Assembly (NCBI RefSeq): GCF_004010195.1 | Contig: NC_057718.1 | Span: 68,248,401-68,312,400, forward strand | DNA length: 64,000 bases | Reading direction: 5' to 3' | Origin: Chiloscyllium plagiosum | Taxonomy: Eukaryota | Notes under the pieces: generated by a model | Databases searched by the model: none | Told to the model about the DNA's origin: nothing | What the model saw: the letters and a program-made list of their open reading frames with translations, nothing else | Part shown: positions 27,790-41,734 of the stretch, one piece after another | Position numbering within the stretch: position 1 is the stretch's first letter | Layout of the letters: every line of letters starts with the position of its first letter | Position numbers and translations under genes: made by a program

Positions 27790-30700
27790 TGGAGACATGA
27801 ACTTTGATGTGCTCTTCCTGATAGATGTGGGAGATTAGGGAGAGTTTATGATTATGTTTGCAGGAAGTGTGTTTGATTGTGAATCCTATCAGATTGGATG
27901 GAGCAGAGTTAGAGGCAATGAGGAATTTACTGTAGCCAGGGGGTGTGATGGATGGCAGTTTCAGGAAGGTAGAAAAATCACAGATACAGTCGGGTAGATG
28001 GCTTACCTCTAGGAAAGATAGGAGAGTGAGGAATGTGCTGTGGCTATCCCCATCTCAAACAAATATGGTGTTTTGGAAAATGTAGGGGAATGTAACTCTG
28101 ACACGCCAGGTTTCTAGTACTGAGACTGGCTCTGTTGTAATGAGGGGTATGTCAGGTTCCAAGTAATCAATTGTGCAAGAGGACTAATTGTCAGAAGCAC
28201 AGACAGTTTCTGCAGCCAACAGTGAAACATCAGAATGGTATAGAATGTTCTCAAAAGGGAGAGTGACTAACAGGGGATCGTTGTACACATTAGTACCAAT
28301 GACATAGGAAGAGAAAAGGACAAGGGTCTGAGGAGAAAGTATAAGAAATTAGGCAGGAGGTTAAAATGTAGATCACTGATTAATATCTGGATTACTTCTG
28401 TTGCCACCTGCTAGTGACAGTAAAAATAGGAGCAGGATAGAGCAGCTGAATACATGTCTGAGGAACTGGTGCAGGGTAAAAGGATTGGCATTTTTGGTTC
28501 ATTGCAATCTCTTCTGGGGTGGATGTGACCTGTATAAGAAGGACAGGTTCCTCCTTACTTGGAAGAGGACTAATATACTGGTGGGGATGCTTTACACTAG
28601 CAAGGACAGGGGTGGGATGGAGGGGGTGGGGCTGGGGACCCAAAGATATAGTGAGAACAAAGCTAAGCCTGAGGTTAGTACAGTTAAGAAGAGGAGTAAG
28701 TCAAACAGTCAGGGCAGGCAGAGAACAAGTTAGGACGGATAAATTAAACTGTATATATTTCAATGCAAGTGGCCTCATAGGTAAGGCTAATGAACTCGGG
28801 GCATGTTTGGGAACATGGGACTGGATATAATAGCAATTACGGAGACGTGGTTCAGGGATGGACAGGACTGGCAGTTTAATGTTCCAGAGTTTAGATGTTA
28901 TAGGGGGGATGGATAGGGGGGGACAAGAGAGGAGAGGGAGTGGTATTTTTGATGAGGGATAGCATTATGGCTGTACTTAGAGACGATATTCCATGGAGTA
29001 CGTTGACTGAAGTTATTTGGGTGGAACTGAGAAATAAGAAAGGATGATCACCTTACTGGGAAAGTGAAAAGCTAATTTTTGAGGAAATATCAGTTTTCTG
29101 TGAGAATAATTGGGTTGACATGGAAGGGATTTTAGCTCTCCAAACATAAACTGAGATTGCCATAGTGTTAAGGGCTTGGATGGAGAGAAGTTTGTCAACT
29201 ATGAACAAGAAAACGATCTGATTCAGTAGCAGAAGCAAAACTTGCCATACTCTGGGGAAATAAGGCAGGGCAAATGACTGAGGTGTCAGTGGGGGAGGAT
29301 TTTGGAGCCAGTGATCATGATTCTACCAGTTTAAAATAGTTCTGGAAATTGATAGACCTGATCTAAAAGTTAAAGTTCTAAATGGGAGGAATGCCAATTT
29401 TGACAGTATAAGGCAAGAATTTTCAAAAGTTGATTGTGGGGGTGACTATTTCCAGGTAAAGGGAAGTTGGAAATTGGGAGGCCTTCAAAAATGCGATAAT
29501 GAGAATCCAGAGACAGTATGTTCCTGTTAGTGCAAAGGTCAAGATGTATGGAATGCTGGATGCTAGAGAAATTGAGGTAAATGGGAGGGAGGTGGAGCTG
29601 GGAGTAAGGTAGCTGAGAGTGCGATAGGTAGATGGAGGTGGGGGTAATAGTGATAGGTCAGAGAGGAGGTTGGAGCAGATAGGTGGGAAGGAAGATGGAT
29701 AGGTAGGACAAGTCATGAGGGCACTGCCTTGTTGGAAAGTTGGATCCTGGATAAGGTGGGGGGAGGGGAATGAGGAAACTGGTGAAATCCACATTTATCC
29801 CATGTGGTTGGAGGGTCCCATTGGCAGAAGATGAGGCATTCTTCCTCCAGGTGTCGGGTGGTTAGGGTGTGGTGATGGAGGAGGCACAGGACCTGCATGT
29901 CCTTGGTGGAGTGGGAGGGGAAGTTGGAGTGTTCGGCCACAGGGCGGTGGGGTTGGTTGGTGTGGGTGTCACGGAGATGTTCTCTGAAGCGTTCTGCAAG
30001 TTAGGCGTCCTGTCTCCCCAATGTAGAGAAGACTACATTGGAAGCAATGGATACCACAAATAACATGTGTGGAAGTGCAGGTTAAAATTCTGATGGATGT
30101 GGAAACCTCCTTTGGGGTCTTGTACGGAGGTGAAAGGGAAAGTGTGGGTGCAGGCTTTGCAATTCCTGCTATGGCAGGGCAAGATGCCAGAAGGGGTGGG
30201 TGGGTTGATGGGAGCATGGACCTGACAAAAGAGTTGCGGTGAGAATGGTCTTTACGGAATGCACACAGGGGTGGGGAGGGAAATATATCTGTAGTGGTGG
30301 GGTCCGTTTGTAGGTGGCAGAAATGGTGGAGGATGATGTGATGCTTCTGGAGATTTGTGGGGTGAAAGGTGAGGACAAGGGAAGTTCTGTCCTTGTTGCG
30401 GTTGGAGGGGTGGGGTTCGAGGGTGGAGGTGCGGGAAGTGAATGAGATGCACTGAAGGGCATCATAGACCACGTGGGAGGGGAAATTGTGGTCTTTGAAT
30501 GAGGAGGCCGTCTGGTGTGTTTTGTGGTGGAACTGGTCCTCCTAGGAGCAGATGTAGTGGAGGCAGAGGAATTGGGAATAAGGGATAGCGTTTTAACAGG
30601 AGGCAGGGTGGGGGGGGAGGTGTACTCCAGGTGGTTGTGGGGGTCAGTGGGTTTGTAAAATGTCAGTTTGAGTCGGTCACCATTGATGGAGATGGAGAGG

Positions 30701-33285
30701 TCCAACAAGGGGAGGGAGGTGACTGAGATGGTCCAGGTGAACTTAAGGTCAGGTGGAATGTATTGGTAAAGTTGATGAACTGTTCACCTCCTTCCATTCC
30801 TGGACTTGTCCATCTGCACCAACGGTGATCAACTCACCACTGACATCTTCAACAAACCCACCGACACCCACAGCTACCTGGACCCTCCCATCCTGCCTCC
30901 TGTAAAAATGGTATCCCTTATTCCCAATTTTTCGCCTCTGCTGCATCTGCTCCCAGGAGGAGCAGTTCCACCACAGAACATACCAGATGACCTCCTCCTT
31001 CAACGACTGCAATTTCCCCCCCCCCACATGGTCTATGATGCCCTCCAGTGCATCTCATCCATTACCCGCACCTCCACCCTCGAATCCCATCCCTCCAACT
31101 GCAACAAGAAGGGAACACCCCCCCCCCGGTCCTCACCTTTCACCCCACCAGCCTCCATATACATTGCATCATCCTCTGCCATTTCCACCACCTACAAATG
31201 GACCCGACTACTAGTGGAATATTTCCCTCTATTACCCGTCCATCTTCATTCCAACCTATCCTCTCCACCCTCTTCTGCGTTTCGCAGAGACCATTTCCAC
31301 TGCAATTCACTTGTCAGGTCCACGCCCCAACCAACCCACCCTTGCCTCTCAGCCACAGCAGGAATTGCAAAACCTGTGCCTACAGCTCCCCCCTCACCTC
31401 TGTTCAAGGCCCCAAATGAGCCTTCCACATCCATCAGAGTTTTACCTGCACTTCCACACATGTTATTTGTGGTATCCGTTGCTTCCAATGTAGTCTTCTC
31501 TACATTGGGGAGACAGGACGCCTACTTGTAGAACACTTCCAAGAAAATCTCCAGGATACCTGTACCAAGCAACCCCACCACCCCGTGGCCGAACATTTCA
31601 ACTCCCTCTCCCACTCCACCAAAGACATGCAGGTCCTGGGCCTCCTCCATTACCAAACCCAACCTCGCAACGCCTGGAGGAAGAACGCCTGGAGGAAGAA
31701 TGCCTCTTCTTCTGCCCTGGGACCCTCCAACCACATGGGATCAATGTGGATTTTGCCAGTTTGCTCATTTCACCTCCCCCCACCTTATCCCAGATCCAAC
31801 CCTCCAATTCGGCACTGCCCTCATGACTTGTCCTACCTGTCCATCTTCATTCCCACCTATCTGCTCAACCCTCCTCTCCGACTTATCACCATCATCCCCA
31901 CCTCCATCTACCTATAGCACTCTCAGCTACCTTCCCCCCAGCCCCTTCCCCTCCCATTTATCTCTCCACCCCCTTGGCTCACAAGCCTCATTCCTGATAA
32001 AGGGCTTTTGCCCGAAACATCAATTTTTCTGCTCCTCAGATGCTGCCTGATCGGCTGTGCTTTTCTAGCACCACATTCTCGACTCTGATCTCCAGCATCT
32101 GCAGTTCTCACTTTCTCCTAGAGAAATTGAGGCTCTGGTCATGAAAAAGAAGGAGGCATATGCCAGGTATAGACGGCTGGGATTTAGTGAATCTCGTAAA
32201 GAGTATAAGAGCAGTAGGAGTATACTCAAGAGGGAAATTTGGAGGGTAAAAAAGGGACATGAGATAGCGTTGGACCTTAAATAGTCTTAAGGAGCATCTG
32301 ACGAGAATCTGCAAATGCATTAAGGATAAGAGAGTAATTAGGTAGAGAATAGGGCCCCTTCAAGATCAAAAAAGGTTCCTAATGTGTGAAACTGCAAGAG
32401 ATGGGTGAGATACTAAATGAGTATTTTGCATCAGTATTTATTATGAGGAAGGATATGGAAGATAGAGAACTTGGGGAAATAAATAGCGACATTAAATGAG
32501 ACCTTGATCAGATGGGCAAATGGGCTGAGGAATGGCAGTTGGAGTTTAATTTAAATAAATGTGAGGTATTGCATTTGGTAAGGCAAGTCATGGCAGGCTT
32601 TATTTACTTAATGGTAAGATCCTGGGGAGTGTTGCTGAACAAATAGACCTTGGGGTGGAAGTACACAGATCCATGAACGTGGAGTTGCAGATAGACAGAA
32701 TAGTGAAGAAAGTACTTGGTATACTTTCCTTTACACGTTAGAACATTGAATGTAGGAGTTGGGAGGCCATGTTACAGCTATACAGGACATTGATTAGGCC
32801 ACTTTTGGAATACTGTTTTTGATTCTGGTCTCCCTGCTATGGAAAAGATATTGTGAAACTTGAAAGGGTTCAGAAAAATTTTATAAGGATTTGGCCAGGG
32901 TTGGAGGGTTTAAGCTATAGAAAGAGACTGAATAGTTTGGGGCAAATTTTCTTGGAGTGCTGGAGGCTGAGGCCTCTTTATAGAGATTTATAAAATTATG
33001 AGGGGCATGGATAGGGTGAATAGTCTAAAACAATGGGCCATGGGTTTAGGGTGAGAGAGGAAAGCTTTAAAATGGACCTAAGGGGCAAATGTTTCATGTG
33101 GTGTGTGTATGGAATAACCTGCCAGAGGAAATGGTGGAAGCCTCTCCAATTACAACACTTAAAAGGCATCTGGATTGGTAAGTGTATTGGAAGGATTTAG
33201 AGCGAGAGATGCTGGCAAATGGGACTAGATTTATTTAGAATATTTTGTCAGCCTGTTTCTGTGCTGTACAACTCTATGATTCCAC
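27790..33285 (+). mobile_element. Near full-length CR1 LINE with zinc-finger/SGNH-esterase ORF1 and APE ORF2; internally deleted and split by a PLE
   Basis: VVHISTNDIG and QLNT.LRNWC..FWG..DLYKKD (esterase); LNCIYFNA and IAITETW (APE); ORF2 resumes at 32133; 3' tail ~33270. Confidence 0.85.
29578..32117. mobile_element. Neptune-type Penelope-like insertion with ~1.15-kb inverted arms
   Basis: TSD CTAGAGAAATTGAGG at 29563-77 and 32118-32; FLDLSI, KPTD.H.YL, LVLTFHP, RNCKTC and YIGETGR occur on both strands. Confidence 0.9.
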
Positions 33286-33299
33286 AAAAATAGACTCCT

Positions 33300-34925
33300 T
33301 TAGTCAGAGGGTGGCTTGTGTATGGAATGAGCTGCCAGAGGTGGTAGTGGAGCCTGATATATTTACATGTTTAAAGGCAATCTGGATGGGTACATAAATG
33401 GGAACAGTTTAGAGGGATGTGGGCCAAATGCTGGCAAACGAGTTTAAATTAATTTATGATAACTGGTCAGCATGGACAAGTTGGACCGAGGGGTCTGTTT
33501 CTGTGCTGTATGACTCTATGACTCATTCTTCTGAACTTCAGCGAATGTAGAGGAAATATTTCATAGAAATCTATAAAATCCTTACAGGAATAGGCAGAGT
33601 GGTCACAGGAAGGATGTTGTCAGTAATGAGGGAGTCAACAACCAGGGATCTCAATCTAAGAATAGAGGTAGACGTTTTGAGGAGACTAAATGAGAAGAGA
33701 TTTCTTCAACGCATGAATGGTGAGCTTGTGGGATTCCTAACCACAGAATGCAGTTGTGGCCAAAATATTGTGTGATTTCAAGGTGAAGTCAATAAGCATT
33801 CGGGACTAAAACAATCAAAGGATATTGGATAAAGCGGAAACAGGCTGGATTATCTCTGTTAATCCAGAGACCCAGATAATGTTCTGCGGATGGAACAAAG
33901 ACCTTGAGGAATGAAATAAACAAACTGAGGGCACAACATGACACATGAGAGGATGATATTGTAGCTATAAGTGAGATTGGATTAAAAGATTTGGCAGCTC
34001 AACATTCCTGTTTATGGAATATTCTGAATAGATTGAGGGGAGGATGGAAGAGGAGGGTGTTCACAATATTGATTAAAGAACCAATCATAGCAATGAGGAG
34101 GAATAATGTCTCTGGAGGACCATCAAATAAGGCCAAATCATAAAAGTGAAAACACAAAAGATCAACATGTTGTTGGGTACTATTGGTCTCTAAACAGTCA
34201 GGCAGAAATAGAGAATTGGATTTATTATCAGATTTCAGTGAATTGTGAGAATAATATGGCAGTGAAAATATGGGATTTTAACCATCTAAATATTAACTGG
34301 GATAGTTTTAGTGGGCAAGGCAGAGAGGAGCAAAATTCTTCAATTGTATTCAGAGAGCATTTTCACCCTAATGGTGGTAGGAGTCTAGAACTCCTACTGC
34401 CTAACAATGTGATTGAGTCAGAAACATTTGTAACATTTAAACAGTCTATAGATATTCATTTGTTTGTCTTAGCCTGCAGAGCTATGGGCCAAGAGCAGGA
34501 AAATGGGATTAGTGTAGTGTCATTTTTGTTGAATGGCATGGACATGATGGACTGAATGGCCTACTCCATGCTGTCAATGTCAATGAGATTAGACAGAGTG
34601 GATGCAGAAAGAATGTTTCTCCTGGCTATGGGTTTTAAAACTGGAACCAGCCTTACATCAAAAAAGAAGCCATTTACAACTGAGATGACTAGGAACTTCT
34701 TCACTCAGAGAGTGGTAAATCTTCATAATTCTTTGATCCAGAGGTAGAGGAAGCGCGGTCATTATGTAAGTTCAGGACCGAGATTGATAGATTTCATGTC
34801 ACTAATAACATCAGGCATACAGAGACAGCACGGGAATATGGCATTGAAGTAGATGTTCAGTTATGACCTAGAATGGCAGAACAGGCTGGAAGGGCTGAAT
34901 GATCACCACCTGTTCCTATGTTTCT
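33300..34925 (+). mobile_element. Cluster of older CR1 fragments
   Basis: Repeated CR1 3'-end motifs (RNFFTQRVV, WNELP) and an EN remnant (DFN...INW). Confidence 0.75.
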
Positions 34926-35434
34926 AATTAGCCAATCAGATCTAGCTTTGCTGTCCTGACGCATCCAATCATGGATGGTGGTGCAGAATTAAACAACTAA
35001 CAGGAAGAGGAGACTTCACAAATATCTCCATCCTCAATAATGGAGAACCCTCACATCATTCTCAAAGACAATGTTGAAGCATTTGCGACAACATACAACA
35101 ATAAGTGTTGAGTAGATGATCCAATCAGCCTCCTTCTGAGATCCAAACATCACAGATGCCAGTGTTCAGTAAATTTGATCTACTTCATATGTTATCTGTA
35201 AAGGTCTAAGGAGTCTGATAATACTTGAGAAATGCTGGGGGGGCAATGGCCTAGTGTAATTATCACCAGACTGTTAATCCAGAGACCCAGGTAATGTTCT
35301 GGGAACCTGGGTTCACATCCTGCTATGGCAGATGGTGGAATTTGAATTCAATTTTTAAAAATCTGGAATTTAGTGTCTAATAATGACCAAGAAAACATTG
35401 TCGATTGTTGTAAAAACTCATCTGGTTCACTAAT

Positions 35435-36155
35435 TACTATGTCACAGGATTAAACCCTCCTGCTTAATTTAAACCACCAACACAGAAAAGATTTATCCTG
35501 TGCAGTAATCTGTGAAAATCCAAGAGACGAAGAACTATTTAAAGTAAAGATTAATAACTTTATTTCTTAAAATATAACAGAGAATAATTAACTAACAACT
35601 ATTTACAACTCCTTCCTCTAACCTAACTTTTACTTTCCTTTCTATAATACTAGGCCAATAAAACCCTCAAATAACATTCACTGAAAAATTCAAATTTCAA
35701 AACCAGCCAGTGGTCGAATCTTCTCAGTATATCTTCTTCTGTAGAGTTGCTCTCCAGGTCTGTGTTGATGTTTTTCTCTCTGCAAGCTCGTTCTCCAGAC
35801 AGTTACCTCTCAGAGAGTCCTGAGTAGCAGCCGACAGCTGTTGGTCTTTTTGGCAGTTCTGCCCCAGCTGTTCAATTTTTCCCAGTCTTACATCCCCCAA
35901 GTAGCAGATTGAGTCATTGGCTTTTAATATTGTCAATATACTATATTCAAACTTGATTGGAGTTTGGTTCTTTTCAGGGTGTAATTGAAACTGATTTGCC
36001 TAAATGTGTTTTATTTTGTCTCCAGGCAACCAGACACAATAGCTGCTGGACCTTAAGGTTACAATGTATGTTGTTCACAACATTTGGTTCTGTCAGGTAG
36101 TTCTGCAAGTTTTTAACTTTTTTAAAGATGCAGTTCACCCACATCTTTCATAACA
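35435..36155 (-). repeat. 3' LTR of the Gmr1-like element
   Basis: Aligns with 41763-42486. Ends ...CATAACA next to the polypurine tract (ccttcccctt on +). Confidence 0.9.
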
Positions 36156-39034
36156 CCTTCCCCTTAAGAAAAAAATGAAGCATCATAATGAAAAGGTGGC
36201 TTCATTTTTTCTTCCTTTTTTAACACGTTACCCTAACATAAAGATAACTTAAATATAAGTTCACTGTTACTTCTTCCCATATACCTACATACAAATCTCC
36301 TCTAAACTCTATCCGCACTAACGCATCTGCGATTACATTCTTACGAACCGCAACATGTATGATTTTTAAATTAAAAGTCTGTAACATAAGATTCCAATGA
36401 AATAGTCTCATATTCTTGTCTTTAAAGCAGTCTAAGAATGTAAGTGGATTGTGATCCATATACACAACTGTATCTGACACATTGTTTGTGACATACATAT
36501 TAAAATCTTGTAAGGCTAGTACCAAACTCAATAGTTCCTTTTCAATTGTGGAATATTTCCTCTGGTGGATGTTGATCTTCTTCGAAATGTAACCAACCGG
36601 CAGTTCAATCCATTGTCCCCCCAGCATTTCTCAAGTATTATCAGGCTGCTTAGACCTTTACAGATAACATATGAAGTAGGTCAAATTTACTAAACACTGG
36701 CATCTGTGATGTCTGGATGTCAGAAGGAGGCTGATTGGATCATCTACTCAACACTTATTGTTGTATGTTGTCGCAAATGCTTCAACATTGTCTTTTATAT
36801 TCCTGGAGGTGAACAGCTCCAACTCCAATGTCACTAGCATCGATGGTGACTTTAAAAGGTTTGGAAAAGTTTGGTATAGTTAAAACTGGTTCGGTGGTTA
36901 ATATTGATTTCGAATGGTCAAATGCCTCCTGGCATTGTTCTGTCCACCGAAACTTTGTGTTCTTCTTCAGCAAATCAGTTAATGGTGCCACTACACTGCT
37001 GAAGTTTGGAATAAGCATCCTAAAGAATCCACTGAATCCTAAGAATTAAAGTACCTCTTTCTTCAAGGCTGGTCATGGAAGTTCCTCGATGGCCATCGTC
37101 TTTGCATTCCAAGGGGTCAACCTTCCATGTTATATCCCAAGAATGATATCTCTGCTTTCACAAATTTAATTTAATTTAAGTTTATCACCAACTTTGCTTC
37201 TTGTAGCCGTTCAAAGAGCTCAGCCAACTGTACCATATGATCTTTCCAAGACTTACTAAAGGCCACTACATTGTTCAAATAGACTGCACAGTTTGTTAAC
37301 CCAGCCACAACTCTGTTCATGAGTCTTTGGAATGTGGCGGATGTGTTCTTCATCTAGGAATTGGATATGAGTCTGATTTTGTAATAGTATTCACCTTTCG
37401 CTAATCCACACAGAATCATTGCGTCCCATCCGGTTTGGGAACGAAGACAATCGGCGGACTTGCTCTGGCTTGGTTCGATGATGTCCTCATCGAGCATGGC
37501 CTCCACCTCTGTCTGGACCTATCTGGCTTTGAAAGAATTAAGCTGATAGGGGTGTTTTTTTTTATCAGAGCAGTCCTCCCCATCAGATTCTTACATATCT
37601 CCTTATACTACAGTAACAAATCTTTCAACTGCGTTCTGTGCTCCTGAGACAGATAGCTTACTAATCCATCCCACTCCTGAAGGACAACTTCATTTTTTAA
37701 TCTATTTTAAGATACATCAGAATCCACATCATCTGGATTTGATTTCTTACTCTGCAGGGCAGTAGCTTACATCTGTTTCTCCAGGTCTTTCTCTCTAGTA
37801 TAATAACAGTTTCAACATGTTCACATGACATACCCAATACCTTTCTTTTTCTATCTGGCATCTTTACTAGGTAGTTCACCTAACTCAACTTTTTCACAAT
37901 TTAACAGGACCACTAAACCTAGTTTTGAAGGGATATCCTATCACTGGTAACAGTACGAACATGTCATCCCCTTTGGAAAACCTCAGAGTCCCAGAGCTTT
38001 AGTCTGCCACCTGTTTCATTCTGTGCTGTGCCCTCTATAGGTGCTGCTTAGCTAACTCACTACTCAATTTAAACTCTCCCTCATCTTTAATATATAATCT
38101 AAGTAGGAGATCTCTGACTTTGGTCCTGTTAATTTTTCTTTAATTAATTTCAAAGGAACACTTACTTTTGGCCGAATATTAACTTGAAGAGAGTGAACGG
38201 AGTAGATCATTTGGTTCATCTCTAATGGCAAAACAATACAAACAATACCTTTATCCCAATCATTCGGATAACCCAAAAAAGGTGAATCTGAAGGATGCCA
38301 CTTTTCTGAAGCTCCCTAGGGTTCAGGACGATATGCACTGGATTTAAAGTGCTGTCCATAACCACCTCAAACAGCCCAGCAGTAAAATTTGACCCTTGGT
38401 CTGACTGAATCTCTCTGGGTAGCCCGTACCGTGTGAAGAAAGCTATTAACTCCTCTACCACCTATTTTGCCTTGATACTCTGTAATGGAATTGCCTCCGG
38501 ACACATCCATCATGGTTAACAAGTACTGGTTCCCACTTTTAGTTCTCAGGAGGGGACCTACACAATCAATTATAACCTGTGTGAAAGGTTCTTCAAATGT
38601 GGGAATTGGCAAAAAAGGTGCTGGTTTTATTACCGCCTGTGGCTTACCTACCATTTGGCATGCATGACATATTTAGCAAATGTTAAGCACATCCTTATGC
38701 ATTTCAGGCCTTTAAAAATGTTTTTGTACCCCTAGGTGACCTCCTACCTCGTTCATGTGCTATCCATAACACCTCATGCCTGTATGCTACCATCAAAACA
38801 ATCCAGTACACTTCAGGCCATTTTACCTCTGCACTAACCTGCTATGGTCTCCATTTCCATCTTAGAATTCTACCTTTCAGATAATAAATAACCTTTCAGA
38901 ACATTCTCTGCCTCCATTTCACAGTACACATCCACATATATATCTTTTATTGTCTTGTCTTGCTGTTGTGAGTCGCTCAGCTTTTCAGGACTAAACACTT
39001 CTGTCTGACCCTCTGCCTGTTCAGGTTTTTCCTG

Positions 39035-39766
39035 GAGAAAGTGAGGTCTGCAGATGCTGGAGATCAAAGTTGAAACTTTATTGCTGGAACAGCACAGCAG
39101 GTCAGGCAGCATCCAGGGAACAGGAGATTCGATGTTTCGGGCACAGGCCCTTCTTCAGGAATGAGCAGAGAGTGTTCAGCAGGAGAAGATAAAAGGTAGG
39201 GAGGAGGGACTTGGAGGAGGGGCGTTGGAAATGTGATAGGTAGAAAGAGGTCAAGGTGAGGGTGATAGGTCGGAGTAGGAGGGAGGCGGAGAGGACAAGA
39301 AGAAGACTGCAGGTCAGGAAGGCCTTCCTTGAAGAAGCTCTCTGCCTCTCTCTACAAAGATTTCAGTGAGTCCCTCTCTCACTGCACACCCCAGGTCATC
39401 TCCTCTGCACAGAAGCTCTTCAGCCACATTCTGAACCAGACTCGTTACCACAGCCATATCTCCTTTCTCAGCACCTGCCTACGGAACCGACTGATCCCCC
39501 ATGGACTCCAGATCACCTTCCGACCAACACAATTTGGACCCAACCAGGACTACCAGTACCTGCAACAAATCCGCAGCCTCCAGCAACGGACCTCCCTACG
39601 GATCGGGAGTCGCGGAGGGAGTGGTCTCTACGGAAAGCTGATAGGGGAGGGGAGGGAAATATATCCTTGGTGCTGGGGTCTGTTTGGAGGTGGCGGAAGT
39701 GACGGCGGATGATGCGCTGTACATGGAGATTGGTGGGGTGGTAGGTGAGGACCAGTGGGGTTCTGT
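39035..39766. mobile_element. Rearranged Neptune-type PLE inserted in the Gypsy pol
   Basis: 19-bp TSD CCTGTTCAGGTTTTTCCTG at 39016-34 and 39767-85. Parts: pLTR (-), N-terminal HISFLSTCLRNRLIP.GL (+), linker PLVLTYHP...SAFRRD (-). Confidence 0.85.
39127..39162 (-). ncRNA. Minimal hammerhead ribozyme motif
   Basis: ATTC-CTGAAGA-A-GGGC(CTGT)GCCC-GAAA-CATC-GAAT; stem I ATTC/GAAT; stem III altered by CpG decay. Confidence 0.6.
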
Positions 39767-41734
39767 CCTGTTCAGGTTTTTCCTGCACCATTACATCAAA
39801 CAGGGTATCCGATAACTGAAATTCAACTCCTTTACCTTTCTCTTTACTTTTCACTTCGTGCTGTGACTTATGATAGTGGTATCTGGGTTATTACACAGTC
39901 TGGGAAAATATTTTTTTTAACTCCTCAGTTTCTAGGTCTTCCTTGAGCCTCTCATTCCCACCTTGGATCCTGCCAAATCATTCCTGGGACTGACACTTGA
40001 TCAATCACTCCCACTTAACTTCCCCAGTCTTGAGTTGGCACTCTAATCTGATCTTACAAAGGGGAATGCTAAATTTCTATCTATCGCACAAATTACCACA
40101 TTCACAGGTAACAGATCAGAAAGAGTGTATATTCGCTCATCTCTTACTTTCAGTGACTGGTTAGATCCTGTGTCTCTCAAAATTATAACTTCTTGTCCTT
40201 CTCCGCCTGTTCTTCCTGAGTAAACTTTACCCACAGAGGCAAATTCTTTGTAGGGATCAGGTACTAACTCCATACCCAGCCCCTGCCTCGGCTGCGCACT
40301 CTCCTCGGCTCTTCTTGGGGTCTCCTTTACTACCTTCACTAATGTCACCAGCTTAGCTTCTTTTATCACACCTTTTCCCATGGTGCCTTTCTTTAATGAC
40401 CAGCACTCTGACTTTACATGTCCCACTTTGCCACAGTGGAAACACCTGAGGCCTTTCAGTTCCTTTCCACCTTCTTGAACTTCTTTTTTATCCTGTGGTA
40501 AATTCTTACCAGTGCTCTCTACTCTTGGCTTCGTAGTGTAGGATCTCCCCTTCTCCCAACTTCTATCCCTCACACAATGAAATTCTGGCCGGAAGCTTGT
40601 CTTATGCACCAAAATGTTATCATATGCCAATTCTGCTGCCCTTCTCACTTCCTGAACATTCTGTTCCTCCACGTGAATTCTTACCATCCCTGGAAGTGAG
40701 TTTTTAAACTCCTCCAACAGAATAATCTATCATTGAGCCTCAAAGGTCCTAACTATTTTCAAAGCACGCACCCATCTATCATAATGACTATGTTTAATTC
40801 TTTCGAACTCAACATAAGTCTGACCTGGTTCCTTCTTTGTGTTTCTGAACCACTGTCTATATGCTTCTGGTACCAATTCACAAACACCTAAAATAGCCTG
40901 TTTAACCTGTTCATAATCTCTTGATTCTCATTTGACAGCGTGGCAAATACCTCACTAGCTTTGCCTACCAGTGTGTGTCTGAACTAGCATTACCCATAAA
41001 TTCTCACATTACTCCATCTGCCTCGCCAATTTTTCAAATGAAATAAAGAAGGCTTCAATTTCTTTCTCATTAAAATGTAGCAGAATTTTGACATATTTGT
41101 ATATATCACTACCTTCTCTTTTAATCCCTATCCTATTAACTTGACTTTGCAACTTCTCAAGTTCAAATTCTCTCTTTTTGCTCAGCTAAGAACCTTCTCT
41201 CTCTTTCTCTCTCTCTATCCTCTCTGTCTTTCTCTTTTTCCTCTCTCTCTCTTCTCTCTCCCTTTGTTTATCTTCTAACTCCATTTTCCTGAATTGTAAC
41301 TTAAGTTTTTCTACCACTACTGCACTTGTCTGTTTCTCTGGCACATCTAAGTGTTTGAGTCATTCCCTTACAATTTCAGTGTTACTTTTGTCTCTGGTTA
41401 AACCCAAATCTAATTTTGTGCTAATTCTAAAAGTATGGCCTTTTTCTTTCCTTCTAAACTTTCTTGGCAAATTTGAGAATCATCTTCAAATCCCAGAACT
41501 TCTTTAGCAATTTTAAGAGCCATTTTTCTCATTTTTAATTAACCGCAAGTCACTGAAATTAAACAAATTGTCTCACCTATGTTTTATTTAGAGATCAAGG
41601 ACACTAATCTGCAAGTGTTTAAATCTACTGGAATTTATCATACCCCAAATCTATTCAAATCTGTCTAAACCAGTTCAAATCACAAATCCAAGACCTAAAC
41701 TATTCAAATCATGCACTAAAGTCCCCCCAAACCA

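Noticed and set aside
30806..31531. 241-aa Pro/Ser/Thr-rich ORF
   Set aside because: Frameshifted, off-frame reading of a Neptune PLE arm.
41190..41275. CT-rich microsatellite-like tract
   Set aside because: It encodes the E/R/K-rich coiled coil of the Gypsy Gag on the minus strand.
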